A stretch of DNA of 64,000 nt from Paraspadella gotoi (GCA_051294375.1 CM119267.1:16282543-16346542), one strand, 5' to 3'; shown: positions 11,531-25,612, counted from the first letter of the stretch. Notes: a model not told the origin generated them from the letters alone. A program made the numbers and translations.

Positions 11531-13454
11531 AGCTCGATTATCGTCTCGAACGAAAAGAAGAAACTTGGACTCGAGGGAAAAGAAAATGGCGTCGTTATGG
11601 GGGAGGCTCGAAGGCAGGGGTTAGAGGGGCGCGGCCATTATAAAGTGGCATGGGTTGGAAATGGCCGTTACTGGGGTGATGGGGGATGGTTGGGGGCTCA
11701 TGAAAGGGTGGTACGAGTGAGAAGGGGAATGTCGCCGGTACGGATGCCGCATGAAGAGATTTGGTTTGATGGTGAGCCGTTAAAGGTGGATAAGACTGTA
11801 TGAAGACAGTGGTGACTAGTCAACTGAAAAATGACAGTTGTCAGATTCAACGGTGAGCCTAGTGCTTGGCCGAACAGAAATGGGGTTGCTGAGAAGGCAA
11901 TAGAAGAGGTGACTTAGACATCATGACAATAATATTCGAATATTGAATAATAATGAATGGATAATTTTTATATTGGTTGTACCAATTTCATATAAGAATA
12001 CAAAATAAAAAAAAGGATAAAAATGTGACCATTTCAAAGTAAAATTTGTACATTGTACAGAAATTTAGTGTAATTACCATTGAAAACAATAAATAATTTA
12101 TCTTCCGGTACATGCGATGGATGAAGCTCTAAAGATGGCAACGTCCACGAAAGGAGTGAATCATGGCAATGGGGATCGCATCACGCCAATCCCAACAACC
12201 GGATATTCGAGGGTCAACGGCTCCGTTTGATTTGACGGCGCTACCATGACGTCATTCGCTTTAGCGTCGCAATCGCGACGTCAATCGACCAACCGACGCC
12301 GTCTCTCGTCCCTCGAGAACGTCGGCGAATTTTCCGGCGCCGCTTTTGCCGAACACCGAACCCTTTTTTCGAGGGAATCGCCGGCATTGGCCGGCGTCAA
12401 TTGACGTCAATCGGCGTCGCCAAGGTCGCGAGGCGTCGAGGNNNNNNNNNNNNNNNNNNNNNNNNNNNNNNNNNNNNNNNNNNNNNNNNNNNNNNNNNNN
12501 NNNNNNNNNNNNNNNNNNNNNNNNNNNNNNNNNNNNNNNNNNNNNNNNNNNNNNNNNNNNNNNNNNNNNNNNNNNNNNNNNNNNNNNNNNNNNNNNNNNN
12601 NNNNNNNNNNNNNNNNNNNNNNNNNNNNNNNNNNNNNNNNNNNNNNNNNNNNNNNNNNNNNNNNNNNNNNNNNNNNNNNNNNNNNNNNNNNNNNNNNNNN
12701 NNNNNNNNNNNNNNNNNNNNNNNNNNNNNNNNNNNNNNNNNNNNNNNNNNNNNNNNNNNNNNNNNNNNNNNNNNNNNNNNNNNNNNNNNNNNNNNNNNNN
12801 NNNNNNNNNNNNNNNNNNNNNNNNNNNNNNNNNNNNNNNNNNNNNNNNNNNNNNNNNNNNNNNNNNNNNNNNNNNNNNNNNNNNNNNNNNNNNNNNNNNN
12901 NNNNNNNNNNNNNNNNNNNNNNNNNNNNNNNNNNNNNNNNNNNNNNNNNNNNNNNNNNNNNNNNNNNNNNNNNNNNNNNNNNNNNNNNNNNNNNNNNNNN
13001 NNNNNNNNNNNNNNNNNNNNNNNNNNNNNNNNNNNNNNNNNNNNNNNNNNNNNNNNNNNNNNNNNNNNNNNNNNNNNNNNNNNNNNNNNNNNNNNNNNNN
13101 NNNNNNNNNNNNNNNNNNNNNNNNNNNNNNNNNNNNNNNNNNNNNNNNNNNNNNNNNNNNNNNNNNNNNNNNNNNNNNNNNNNNNNNNNNNNNNNNNNNN
13201 NNNNNNNNNNNNNNNNNNNNNNNNNNNNNNNNNNNNNNNNNNNNNNNNNNNNNNNNNNNNNNNNNNNNGGAAAGGGAATTTTTTTTGAAAAATGCGAATG
13301 AACTCAAGCGTCTGGAACCAAATTATATAATGACTCTTATTTTAGTAATTTTTTACAAATGTAACAGGTCATTTTCGTTATTGCAGAAAAAATTAGACCA
13401 AAGAGGCATTTTCATAGTTTTTCACGTAATTTTTATAATCATTTGCTAGGATTT

Positions 13455-13519
<65 letters not shown>

Positions 13520-13530
13520 CTCTCTCGTCT

Positions 13531-15788
13531 TCATTCAAACTCGCACATGACCCACTTCTTGGCACGACACCCCACATCCCACCAAGAGTCGTCGACGCTC
13601 GATTCGTCGGTCACGGCGGCGTCGATGCAATCCTGGACGCCGCCCTTGTCGTCCGGTTGAAAATAGGGGGCGCTGCTCCACCACGCCGGATGATCGGGCG
13701 TGACGAAGAAACCGGGGCCGGAGACCCATTCGATCCGGCGTCGATCGATGGGGTCGCGACGCGCGCCGATCCAAAAATATCCGACCCAGTGGGCGTCGCC
13801 GCGGCGAAGGCGCTGAAGGGTCGAGTAAAAGGAGCGCCACTCGCCTAGCGACTCGAATGAGGCGAGATCTCCGCCGGAGGAGCTGGAGGATGAGTTGAGA
13901 TGGACGTAAGTAGGGTAGGGTAAGTAGAAATAAATGGATAATTATTCTGACAGAGGTAATAGTTCACTCTTTTCTTTGGTGACGACTGCTTGCATTTTTT
14001 AATAGTCTTAATGAAATCAGCATAGATTCCCAGGAAAAACTATCAATAAAGTTTAGAAATAGACCGATGCTCGCTTACTGTCACTTTATGTTCTTTTACC
14101 AAATATTTATTTAGTTCTTTACCGACACAGGCTCCGTCCGTCATCCCCGCAAACGTTACCTTAGTTATGCGTAAATATATTTTTAAAATTATTTACATAC
14201 TTTTACAATGTAAACAAAATTTTTTAAATTATTTCTTCAGTTTTTGTATTTTTTGGTGTATTATATGAAAAATGTAGATATTTACTGTATTTGTCTCTTA
14301 ACTTATCGATCCAGCTTGCGTATATTTCCATCCGGGATATCGCTTCCAACCGCTTCTTCTCTCACAACTCCTAAATTCACTTCACTGGGGCATTGTCTTA
14401 AGATACTCATTCTCAATTCCGTCAGCAACAGATTCCCTCACCTCTTCGCTCGCCATGGATATCACGCTTCAAATCGACTCGTGCTCCTTCTTCTTGCGTT
14501 TTTGACCCGTGGAATTCGGGCGTACGTGCCATCCTTGTGACTCTGCCCGTGATAAAAGGTAAAGCGATTAATAACCACAAACGATGCTACATAAATAATA
14601 AAGGATCAAAGGTTCACGAGAAGTCAATGAATCAACTCTCTCTACGGATTAACTCCATTTGTTCGCCGAGGAGTCGCTTGCCAAAGATTACCGCTGAATT
14701 TTTCAACGCGCGATGCGCGGTTCGGTCTATCGGCGAAAGAAGATTCCGTAACGAACTTCGGGCATGCNNNNNNNNNNNNNNNNNNNNNNNNNATCTATTG
14801 CTGATCTCTCATTAAGATCTCATTAAAAAATGCAAGCAGTCGGTCACCAAAGGAAGATGACTATCCTACCTTCTTAGAATATTATCCATTTATTCACTAA
14901 CTACCTCCTTACCGTCCTCTCAATCATCCTAAAGCTCTCTCCGGGGGAGATTTCGCTATTCGAGCGTGGGCTTTAAGAGTGTGCGCTCCTTTTCTCGACC
15001 CTTCAAGCGCCGTTCGCCGCCGCGCGACGCCCAACTGGGTCGGATATTTTTGGATCGGCCGCCTCGCGTCGCGACCCCATCGATCTGACGCCGGATCGAA
15101 TGCGGGTCTCCAGGCCCGGTTTTCGGTCGTCACGCCGATCATCCGGGCCTCTCTGGTGCGGGCTGGAGCTAGCGCTCCCCTATTTTCAACCGGACGACAA
15201 AGGGCGGCGTCCAGGATTGCATCGACGCCCCGTGACGACGAATCGAGCGTCGACGACTCTTGGTGGGAATGTGGGGTGTCGTGCCAAAGAAGTGGGTTTC
15301 ATGTGCGAGTTTTGAATGAGACGAGAAGAGGAGAGAGAGAGAGCCCTAGATAGACGAGATGAGAGAATTGCAGAGAGACGAGAGAATCAGCATAGATTCC
15401 CAGGAAAAACTATCAATAAAGTTTAAAAATAGACCGATGCTCGCTTACTGTCACGTTATGTTCTTTTACCAAATATCTATTTAGTTCTTTACCGACACAG
15501 GCTCCGTCCGTCATCCCAAGTCCGGAATTTCTTTACGCCGACGTAGACCGAACCGCCATCGCCGTTCGAAAATGTCAGCGTATCTTTGGCAGCGACTCCT
15601 GGCGAACAAATGAGTAATCCGTAGCAGAGAGTTGATTCATACTTCTCGTGAACCTTTCCTTTTTTTATGCATCGTTTGTGTTTTATCGCTTTACCTTTTA
15701 TCACGGGCGAGTCACAAGATGCGTCACCCGAATTCACGGTCAAAAACAGCAGAAGAAAGAGCACGGTCGATGAAGCGGTGATTTCCAT
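13531..15788 (-). CDS. Secreted single-domain C-type lectin (QPD type), 2 exons
   Basis: Exon 1, 15788-15493: signal peptide MEITASSTVLFLLLFLTVNSGDA ... YVGVKKFRTWDDGRSLC. Exon 2, 13882-13531: RSSGGDLASFES...YFWIGAR...PYFQPDDKGGVQDC...SWWDVGCRAKKWVMCEFE*. The phase-2 junction CG|GT...CAG|C is in frame. The W..GR..C..GGDLAS, WIG, QPD and W.D..C...C motifs of a CTLD are present. Confidence 0.85.
14150..15385. repeat. Noisy inverted copies of the lectin locus (14150-14767 = reverse complement of ~15520-16070; ~14800-15385 = reverse complement of ~13500-14020)
   Basis: For example, GGGTCGGATATTTTTGGATCGG at ~15037 is the reverse complement of ~13765-13787, and AAACGTTACCTTA at 14151 is the reverse complement of ~16058-16070. 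Both inverted copies are full of indels. Confidence 0.8.
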
Positions 15789-17845
15789 GGCGCGAAGAGG
15801 TGAGGGAATCTGTTGCTGACGGAATTGAATGATATCTTAGACAATCGCCAGTGAATGTGAATTTAGGAGTTTGTGAGAGAGAAGCGGTGAAGCGATATTC
15901 GATGGAAATTACGCAGCTGGATCGATAAGTTAACAGACAAATACAGTAAATATTACATTTTTTCATATAAAAACACCAAAAAATACAAAATACGGAAGGA
16001 ATAATTAAAAAATTTTGTTTACATTTGTAAATTAAATAATTTTAAAAATAATTCCAAATAAGGTAACGTTTTGCGACCGGCGTTTGAACAGAGGGAGCAA
16101 AATAATATGAATTTTTAAAGAATTCGTCGGGCGATTTTATTTTCTTTCTCACTAATGATAATAATCAAGATCTCCACTGTATCAAGTAATGTGGAGCGGC
16201 ACGAAGTCGAAAGTGCGAAGTCAATATGATATATATATACATGATGGTAGATACTATATTTCACGGGTAAGAGAAAGATATGAACAATTTTAATTTAAAG
16301 TATTGAAAGAGGGCTCCCAGAACGGCCAAAAAAGCCTAGACCTAGTGGGGTAATAAAAAAATAGTTGAGGTTACTTAAAGGAGGCGAGACAAATCGGGGA
16401 AGACTGAAGCTCAGATTTATTTCTTTTATCTCTAATTTTTGTAACTTTTTGTTAAACAAACAACCATTCTTTTAATAATCGCTTTTTTCTTAAAATCAAC
16501 AAAGTTTAGCTAAAGGAAAAAAAAAGTCGGTTAGTGGTTTTCAAAATACAAATATGATTAGTGCCCTTCACTTGTCAGTCTTAATTTCTGTTCAAGAAAT
16601 CTAAAGACAAAATAAAGAAAACTCAGTTCGCGACGATTTGTTGAATATACAATATACAACTGTATACATTATACAATATACAGAGTACTTTATTGCAATT
16701 GCAAACTCTCCTTGAAGAACCGTAATTATTTCTCTGAAGTTTCTTAAATTACTTTAACTAGAACAGAAACTCCCTTATTTTGGGAGGTACATCGATATTC
16801 GATTAAAGAGAGCAGGTTCCATCATCAATGATCCACAAATTAAAACCCAAACGAAGATTAGTGAGCCTCATTTATAATCACCTTAACGTCGAGAAATTTA
16901 TCGGACTTGTCGAGTTCAAGCACAGAAAGCATGAATGAATGAGTCAACTTTTAATTATAGCGAAGACGAAAAGAATTGTAATGTTAATGTTAATGTGAGA
17001 AAATATCAATTTGTAAAATTAAGGAGGGAAAAGGAATAAAAACGTCTTAAATGATATTCAGTCAAATCTACTTCTTTGAAGACGTACACACCGGCAAATG
17101 TCGTTAAATCAAAAACCAACAAACATAGTTGGTAGTTATTCTTAATAATAAACAAATTAAAATCCCATCAGAGAAATGAAATGAAATTTCCGTGCCATTG
17201 TACTCGCGTCATTTGCTTGCTGATTTATTAAGGTTCCCAAGGCCCAGCCCATCAGGCCCCGAAACCTTGAACTGAACTCAACACGCGGATCCCTGCGAAG
17301 AATTTTCTTGTTTTACTTTCATCAAAAAATAGAAAAAGAAGAGGTAATTAAAAGAGCTCGAGTGGATTTCGTCCACAATTTCGCGTGAAAAAAAAAACTT
17401 GTTCAAGACGTCATCGTCCGTCGTCGTCGATGTAACTCGTTTTAAAAATTGTCATTTTTTCTCATTATTGCGAAATTTAGCCACCGCTGACTCAAAAAAG
17501 TATATTTACGATGGAGATTTTGATTAGTTTTATTTAACGTATATTATGGTTACAATTTTATCAATACGGCCACTCAATGATACTTTATTAATATTCTGTT
17601 TTAATACTGCGAATAACTGACGAATAGTTCAGAGATCTTGATGCTTGTTCATTAAGTTGGTCACATTTAGAATTTTCTCTTTTGAAAATTCGGGTGACCC
17701 CAGACCCCGGGAAGAGCCGGTAATTTTTTTTTCTGTTTATGCAAGAGAAAAACTTCAAAAGTGTAAACCGTTGAATTTCATTTTTCGAACGTTCGATTGT
17801 TTTTTTTTTCTCGTTACTTAAAATTCGAATTTTGTTTTTCAAGAA

Positions 17846-19389
17846 ATGGAGGAAAACAAAGACAATCCAATCGCAAAAGAAGCAGCTTCCACTTCAGACT
17901 CTGGTAAATATAATCGAGATGACAATATGCATTATGAAATTTGACAATTGTCACAATATGATGCTCGGGTGGCGGGGGTTCTTGAATTGACATTAATTGG
18001 CGAGCCGCAGTTGATTAATCACGCTACTTGTAATGTACAGTCCTCTCCAAAGTAAGGGGCGAAAAAGCTTATTTATTAAATATATATAGTATAGTATATA
18101 GTTTTTATATAGTGTATAGTTTTTATATAATTTGATAAGAGATACCATTATTTACACTGATAAGTCTAAGATATTTCTAAACGTCGCTAAATCCGTGTTA
18201 CGATCCACTCAAGTAGATTTCCGAATTTTCAAACGACGATTAACATTTTTCCCTCCAGCCTCTGAGGAGAACGATGGAAAGGCAAAGAAAGAGGTGAGTC
18301 CGACCGAAAAGCCCCAACCCTCAGTAATGATCTAATAGGTCTAGTTCTTTAGCTAATCAATCACATTCGTTCGCAGATTAAGGAGCCCCCGAGTCCCATG
18401 GTGGGGCCATTAGAAATTTATCGGTTCGCGTCCATCACGGACAAGTTGTACATGATTTTCGGGACCTTGTCGGCGATAATCCATGGATCAGGTGAAGAGT
18501 GATACGCGATAATGATCATTCTCGGGCAGTTTGCGGAAAATAGGGGTCATTTTTTATTCGCCCGAATCATCCTTTCTTTGAAAGGTAAATTTGGGAGTCG
18601 TAGAAAGGAGTAAAGTACCGTGGCCTTTTAATAAATGCAATATATGCGCGTATTAAATATGTTTAACCCTCAGGTCTGCCTCTCATGATCATCATCTTTG
18701 GTGAGACGATCGGGTCCTTCAGTGATTTCGCTCTTCAGGTGAATTAAATTTATTAGCATAGATAATAAAATATTAGATTAGGCTTTAGCTTATAGATGCT
18801 TTCTCTTTCGCACGCGTAAAAGTCGAGTCGTCACCAAGTCGATTTTCTCCACCGGACATAATCGAAGCAATTCAAATTGGCGGTAAAAGAACTATTTTCG
18901 TTTTCTTTCTTGACCCCAACCCCAACCACCTCTCTTCTCCACCCCTTAACCACCACGCGTTCACCACCCCTTATTCCGGAGGGACAAGGTTTTTTCTCGT
19001 TTATTTACGAAAGAAAAAAATTACCATCGATCAATTTCATCTCTTAAACTTAGTTTTTTTCTCTCTCTTCGATTTTCAGTCGAACCTCGAGAATGCCAAC
19101 ACGAATGTGGACAACCTGACGGCAGCGGAACAGGCCGTCATCGACCAGAGGATCAAGGATAAGCTCGCCAACATCTCCTCCGGAGGGATACCAATTATCG
19201 AGGAGATTCGAGACATGGCTTACTATTTTACGGGTCGGGCATTTCTACTTTTACTTTTTCTTCCCCTTTTTTTGTTTTCGTTTTTCCATGCATTTTTTAA
19301 AATTTAAATTTTCTTTTCTTTTTACCTACCTTCCTTCCTTCCTTCCTTCCTTCCTTCCTTCCTTTCTTTCTTCCTTTCTTTCTCTTTCT

Positions 19390-19426
<37 letters not shown>

Positions 19427-22400
19427 TCTCTCTGTTTCTCCATTTTTCCATTCAATGCTCCCTTTGATTTCCGACTAACTCATATCAGGCATCGGAGCCG
19501 GTGTCTTCGTCTTTGGCTTTTTACAACTGGCCTGTTGGCAACTAGCGGCGGAAAATCAGTAAACGAGTAAACGAACCTGATTTTGGAGGAAGTCGATGAA
19601 ATATGCTAATTTGGGAGAAGGGATTTCGTCAAACAATCCTTTTTTTCCCCCTTTTTTTATTTTACGAGGGTGGAAGAAAAAACCTGAATTTTAAATCGCG
19701 TTAAATTAGAAATAATAAGAGGAAAATGAGCACCGAAATGTGACCACGATATTCAAGGGTAGTAATCAAGAACAGGTTGAGTGCGCCGGGAGAGAGAAAG
19801 ATTCGTATACATGGGGCTAATATTTCTCAAAAATATATTTTAATTTTTGAATATAATTATAACTAATAATAATTTTAATTGTGACTATGGAATTCAGGGA
19901 TGGTAGTTGAGAACAGATTGAGCACGTCAGAAGTGCGAAAGATATACATTATACAGAGCAAATTTCTGTTGAAATGTATTGGAATACAATTATAACTATT
20001 ATCTCATAGCCTAATTAGACTCTCACCCATGCCATTCTTAGTTTTATTTAATATTTTATCGGTTTTTTTTTGTTTTTTTTTTCGCCTGGAGAACTTCTGA
20101 AGCGTGATATAGTAAAGAATAACTCGGACGAGTTTTTTTTTTTTTTTTTTAATCAAATTTCGAATTTTGAATCGATTTCATTCCTTTCTCCGGCTCCCCA
20201 TCGCCTTCCATATCCCCTCCACCCCCTTCAAGACCCTCCGCATCCGGACGACCTCTTCCGCTCGATCCTCCGCCAAAACATCGCCTGGTTCGACGATACT
20301 CAAGTCGGCGAGATGACGCCCAGACTCACCGACGACATCAAACACATCAAGGACGGATTCGGGGCCAAGATCGGGACGCTCATCCAGGCGATTATTCGTT
20401 TATTAATTAATTAATTTATTTATTATTTTTTATCGACGCTCGACCGTTTGATTAATTGATTCATTCATTCAGTGATAGATTAATTGATTGATTTATCATT
20501 CATTCATTTATTCATTCATTCTATATTCATTCTACATTATTTATTATCTGTATTTTATTTTATAGACGTGATATTTTATTAATTGGTTCGATTGTTAAAA
20601 AAATTGTCTATTATTTACAACAGTGGGTGGCGGGCTGCATCACGGGCATGGTCATCGGTTTCGTCTACGGTTGGAAACTCAGCCTGGTCATTCTGGCCGT
20701 GAGCCCGTTGTTGATGGTGGCGGGTTACCTTGCCACGCAGATGGTCAGTTCCTTCACGGCGGAAGAGTTGGAGTCCTACGCTAAGGCGGGCGCCGTGGCG
20801 GAGCAGGCGTTCGGCGCCATTCGCACAGTCACCGCCTTCGCAGGGCAAGAGAAGGAGTGCGCTCGTTACGAAGCGCGGCTTGGAGAGGCGCAGGTTTGTC
20901 GCGGGATTTTTTTTCACCCTTTCTTTACGTTTAAAAATACAAAAATTAAAGAAATCAAAGTTGGGTAACAGTTTAAAAATCATTGTTCATGTAAGAAATT
21001 CTATATCCGTCCAACAACATATCATTTCTTTATGGCTGTAAAGTGAAATTTTTGAAGACAAAAGACTTTTTTTTTTCGTTTCGCATCTTCTCGTTAAGTT
21101 GTTCTTTTTTTTATTTTCGTATTCTTCTTTCTCCTCTTTCTGTCTCCTCCTTTTACTTGGCTATTTTTTACCTCTTTTCGCTTGCCTACCTTATTTCGCC
21201 TCATCTCATTTCCGTCTCTCTTTTTCCAATTTCTTCGACATTTTCTCACCTCCTAACTTACTTTTTCACTCCCTCAGAAAACCGGGATCAAAAAGGGTTT
21301 CGCCTCCGGCGCGGCCATGGGCGTGACCTACTTCATAATGTTCCTCTCGTACGCGTTGGCCTTTTGGTACGGGTCCAGCCTCGTCCGTGCCGGAGAGTAC
21401 GACCCCGAGGATCTTCTCATCGTCTTTTTCAGCATCCTCATCGCCTCGTTCTCCTTGGGCAACGCCGGCCCCAACGTGACGGCCTTCGCCCAGGCCCGCG
21501 GCGCCGCCCACGCCGTTTTTTCCATCATCGACAGGTGGCAAAGGATTTGGGATTTGGGAACCTCGTAGTAATCCGTATTATTTACTAATTAGTATAGTTT
21601 TCGAAACTCTTTACAGCCGTTAGCAAATCGTTGTTAGATTGAATCCGATTTTAAATCATGTGACAAGAATTACAAATAGCATAAAGATTTATCTTACTTG
21701 TTGAAGAGCGCACAGGAAATTAATAATTAGGTTAAAAGCTATTCGTAGTGGGATTTACAAATGATTTTTTTATGATTTTTTTTTTTGCCAATATTTTGAT
21801 CCAAAACTTCGGGAGGCTAAAATTTGAAATCTATAATCGGACAACACTAGGCAACCTCCAATCGACGTTTTCGACGATGCTGGTCAAGACAATCTCGCCG
21901 CTTCTTCTCCCGGGTCCATAACATTCGAGGACGTCTCCTTCTCCTACCCGTCTAGACCCGAGGTGCCCATCCTGCGCGGTTTCGACATTCACGTCGAAAA
22001 GGGTCAGACGATCGCTTTGGTGGGACCCTCGGGCTGCGGCAAGTCCACCGTCGTCCAATTGCTGCAACGGTTCTACGACGTCGACGGCGGGACGGTCCGC
22101 GTCGGCGGCCGCAACGTCCGCGACTACTCCGTCCGCGACCTTCGCTCCCATTTCGGGATGGTGGGTCAAGAACCGGCGCTCTTCGACCTCACCATCGAGG
22201 AGAACATCCGGTTGGGATCCTCCAAGGAGGAAGTGACCACCGAGGACATCGTCCGCGCCGCCAAAGAGGCCAACGCCCACGACTTCATTTCGAATCTGCC
22301 GGAAAAGTACAAGACGCTCGTCGGCGGGCGAGGAGCGCAACTTTCCGGCGGACAGAAGCAGCGCATCGCCATCGCTCGGGCGTTGGTGAGGAATCCGGAG

Positions 22401-25079
22401 TTTTTGCTGCTGGATGAGGCCACTTCGGCGCTGGACACGGAGAGCGAGAAGGTGATTTTTTTTAATCAATAATTATAATCTTTATCGATTATAAAATATA
22501 AAGTTTTCTAAAAGATTTTATCCTTTTTCTGAAAAGTCAAACAAAATAAAAACCCACTGAGGGTCGATTTAATAAGTATGATTACGACGATTTTGTTGTC
22601 AAAACGATTAAATACGAAATAACCGAAGCAAAATTATCAGAGTCAACTTAATCCGATTAAGAAAATGAAAAATGACAATAATAAGTCATGTGATACAGGT
22701 GGTCCAAGCCGCGTTGGACAAGGTCAGCGAGGGACGGACCACCATCGTCATCGCCCATCGTCTCTCCACAATCCGCAACGCGAGCGTCATCGCCAGCGTC
22801 CGCGACGGCGTCGTCGAGGAATTCGGGACCCACGACGAGTTGATGAAAAGGGAGGGCCTCTACCACGACCTGGTCACATCCCAGCTGCTGGGCAAAGAAG
22901 AAGAACTGGCCGAGGAGATGGAGGCGAAGCGATTGGAGCGCGAAGACGCGAGAAGGTCCTTTCGGAAATCTTTTCGTCGATCCGTCCGTCGGTCCATGAG
23001 GAAGAGAAAGATGTCGGTGAAGGCATTGTCCGTTGACGAGGAGACGGGCGCCGTGGAGGAGGAAGTGGACGAGGACGAGGGCGAGCCAGACATGATCCGT
23101 TTGTGGAAGATGAACTTACCCGAGTGGCCTTACCTCATCGTCGGCTTTGTCTGCGCCATGATTTCCGGCGCCGTCCAACCCGCCTTCGCCGTCGTCTTCG
23201 CCGAGGTTCTGCTTGTCTTTACCGAGCTGGAAGACCAGGAGGGACGGGCCAACTTTTGGTCTACCATGTTTATCGTTCTCGGGGTCGCGGCCGGCATAGC
23301 CATGCTCTTGAAGGCCGGCCTCCTGGGCATCGCCGGGGAGAGGCTGACGACGCGCTTGAGAGGCGGCGCCTTTCGACATTTGCTCGGACAAGAGATCGCC
23401 TACTTTGACAACAAACATAATTCGACCGGCGCCCTCTGCGCCCGATTAGCCACGGACGCTAGCCTGGCCAAAGGGGCGACGGGGCCGCAATTAGGAATGT
23501 ATCTGCAGATCTTGGCCAACATGGGCACCGCTCTGATTATCGCCTTCTACTTTGGCTGGCAACTGACCCTCGTTATTTTGGCCTTTATTCCCTTCATCGC
23601 CTTGGGCGGATATTTCTATTGGCGCCTGATGGCAGGGGGCACGAAGACGGACAAGGAGGCGCTGGAGAAATCGAGCCAGATCGCCATGGAAGCCGTCGAG
23701 AACATGCGGACCGTGGCATCTCTACAAAAGGAAGAATATTTTTACCGCAAATACTGCACCACCCTAGCGGAGACGCACAAAAAGGCGCAAAAGGCCAGCC
23801 TGCTGTACGGACTCTCGTTCGGCTTCTCCCAGGCCGTCATCTTCTTCTCCTATGCGGCCGCCTTCACCATGGGCGCCTGGCTCGTCGAGAACGGTCACAC
23901 CGACTTCGAAGGTGTTATGAAAGTCTTCACTGCGCTCATCTTCGGCGCCATGGCCATCGGCGAGGCGAGCAGCACGACGCCCGACGCCGTCAAGGCCAAG
24001 TCGGCTTCCGGCCGCATCTTCGGTCTGCTCAATCGTCGCTCCCTCATCGATCCCTATGCCGAGGGTGTTGGCAAGAAGCCGGAGACGATCAACGGTGCCG
24101 TCACTTTTGAATCCGCCAAGTTTCACTACCCCTCTCGTCCTGGGGTCAAAGTCCTACGCGGTATCGACTTTTCTGTGGTTCCGGACACCGTCGTCGCGCT
24201 CGTTGGAGGCTCCGGCTGCGGCAAATCTACCTGCATCCAGTTGCTGGAAAGGTTCTACGACTGCGTCGTCGACAGCGAAGGCGACGCCGGTCGAGTGGCG
24301 CTCGACGGGGAGTCGTTGAAGGATCTCGACGTTAGGTGGCTCCGGGAGCAACTCGGCCTCGTCTCCCAGGAGCCCGTCCTCTTCGAAGGCTCCATCGCGG
24401 AGAATATCAAGTACGGCGACAACTCTCGCGCCGACATACCTATTGAGGAGGTGGTGGAGGCAGCGAAGAAGGCGAACATCCATGACTTCGTCTCCGGACT
24501 TCCTCTGGGATACGAGACCAACGTAGGGGAGAAGGGAGCGCAGCTCAGCGGAGGCCAAAAGCAGAGAGTCGCCATCGCTCGGGCGTTGATAAGAAATCCC
24601 AAGGTTGGTGAATGGCGACGCTATTTTATTTATAAATATATCAACGAATGAAGTAGGCGTAGTTTATTACGGGAGAAATACGAGGAGTTTTATTGACATA
24701 AGAACACGTTGGGAAGATGATAATCGACATACAAAAGAAGTAGATTATGCAAAGAAAACAATATAACTTAATACCTAAATGCTGTTTATACTAATCTTAT
24801 TTTACCCCTTTGCCCACCCCCGAATCCCAGATACTTCTCTTGGACGAAGCCACCTCCGCTTTGGACAACGAGAGCGAGAAGTTGGTCCAAGTAGCGCTTG
24901 AAGCGGCTCAAGTGGGTCGAACCACACTGGTCATCGCTCACCGCCTGTCGACGATCCAATCGGCCGACCGCATCCTCGTCATTCAGGACGGGGTCGTCGT
25001 TGAATCGGGCAAACATCCGGAACTGATGGCCAAGAAGGGACATTACTGGTCGTTGCAGAATTCCAACGTGGTTTTGTGA
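17846..25079 (+). CDS. ABCB1: ABCB1/MDR1 P-glycoprotein-like full ABC transporter, ~12 coding exons
   Basis: Approximate exons: 17846-17903, 18259-18293, 18378-18491 ([23 protein letters not shown]), 18674-18738, 19080-19233, 19489-19559, 20233-20387 ([12 protein letters not shown]...RLTDD), 20624-20893 ([13 protein letters not shown]), 21278-21534, 21851-22451 ([35 protein letters not shown]), 22699-24603 (TMD2, [17 protein letters not shown]), 24830-25079. Architecture is TMD-NBD-TMD-NBD. Confidence 0.95.
19330..19425. repeat. (CCTT)n/(CTTT)n microsatellite in an ABCB1 intron
   Basis: Read directly from the sequence. Confidence 0.9.
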
Positions 25080-25511
25080 GGCCTTTTCGCTATCGATCAT
25101 CTTCGTCAGGGTTTTCTGTAAAAATGTAAGAATAATGCATGAGTGAAGAAGAATTCATACGGTGCGCAGTGGAAGGCAATGACGGGTAACTTTTTTGTCG
25201 TGCTTTTCTGTAAATAAAACTCTTTGTTTGTATCTCTTGTTGTTGAAAAATCAGATTTTGATTCCGAGAGTTGATATGTCTTTCATTATTTATCAAAAAG
25301 TGCAGGTGTTTGCGTGATTAGATTTCGGGAATGACCCGAATTAAGATTTTCACTAATTGATGATTAATTCAAAGTTCGAATTTGAAATCGAGATATCGAA
25401 GGGAAAAATAATTCACGTCTCGACCGAGATATTTTCGTGCCTCCCACCTCTGCTCGTTTTCGACGCCTCTCCCGCCCTCCCGCTCTTTTCTCCATTACCT
25501 CGGAAATCTCA

Positions 25512-25612
<101 letters not shown>

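Noticed and set aside
12261-13449. Long ORFs of about 300-370 aa
   Set aside because: They consist almost entirely of N-gap (X) codons.
14979-15353. Second, plus-strand C-type lectin gene
   Set aside because: Indel-ridden reverse-complement copy of 13531-13882 within the fold-back region.
21831-25100. Minus-strand ORFs over ABCB1 (e.g. 21831-22469, 24154-24558)
   Set aside because: Antisense shadows of GC3-rich coding exons with no independent motifs.
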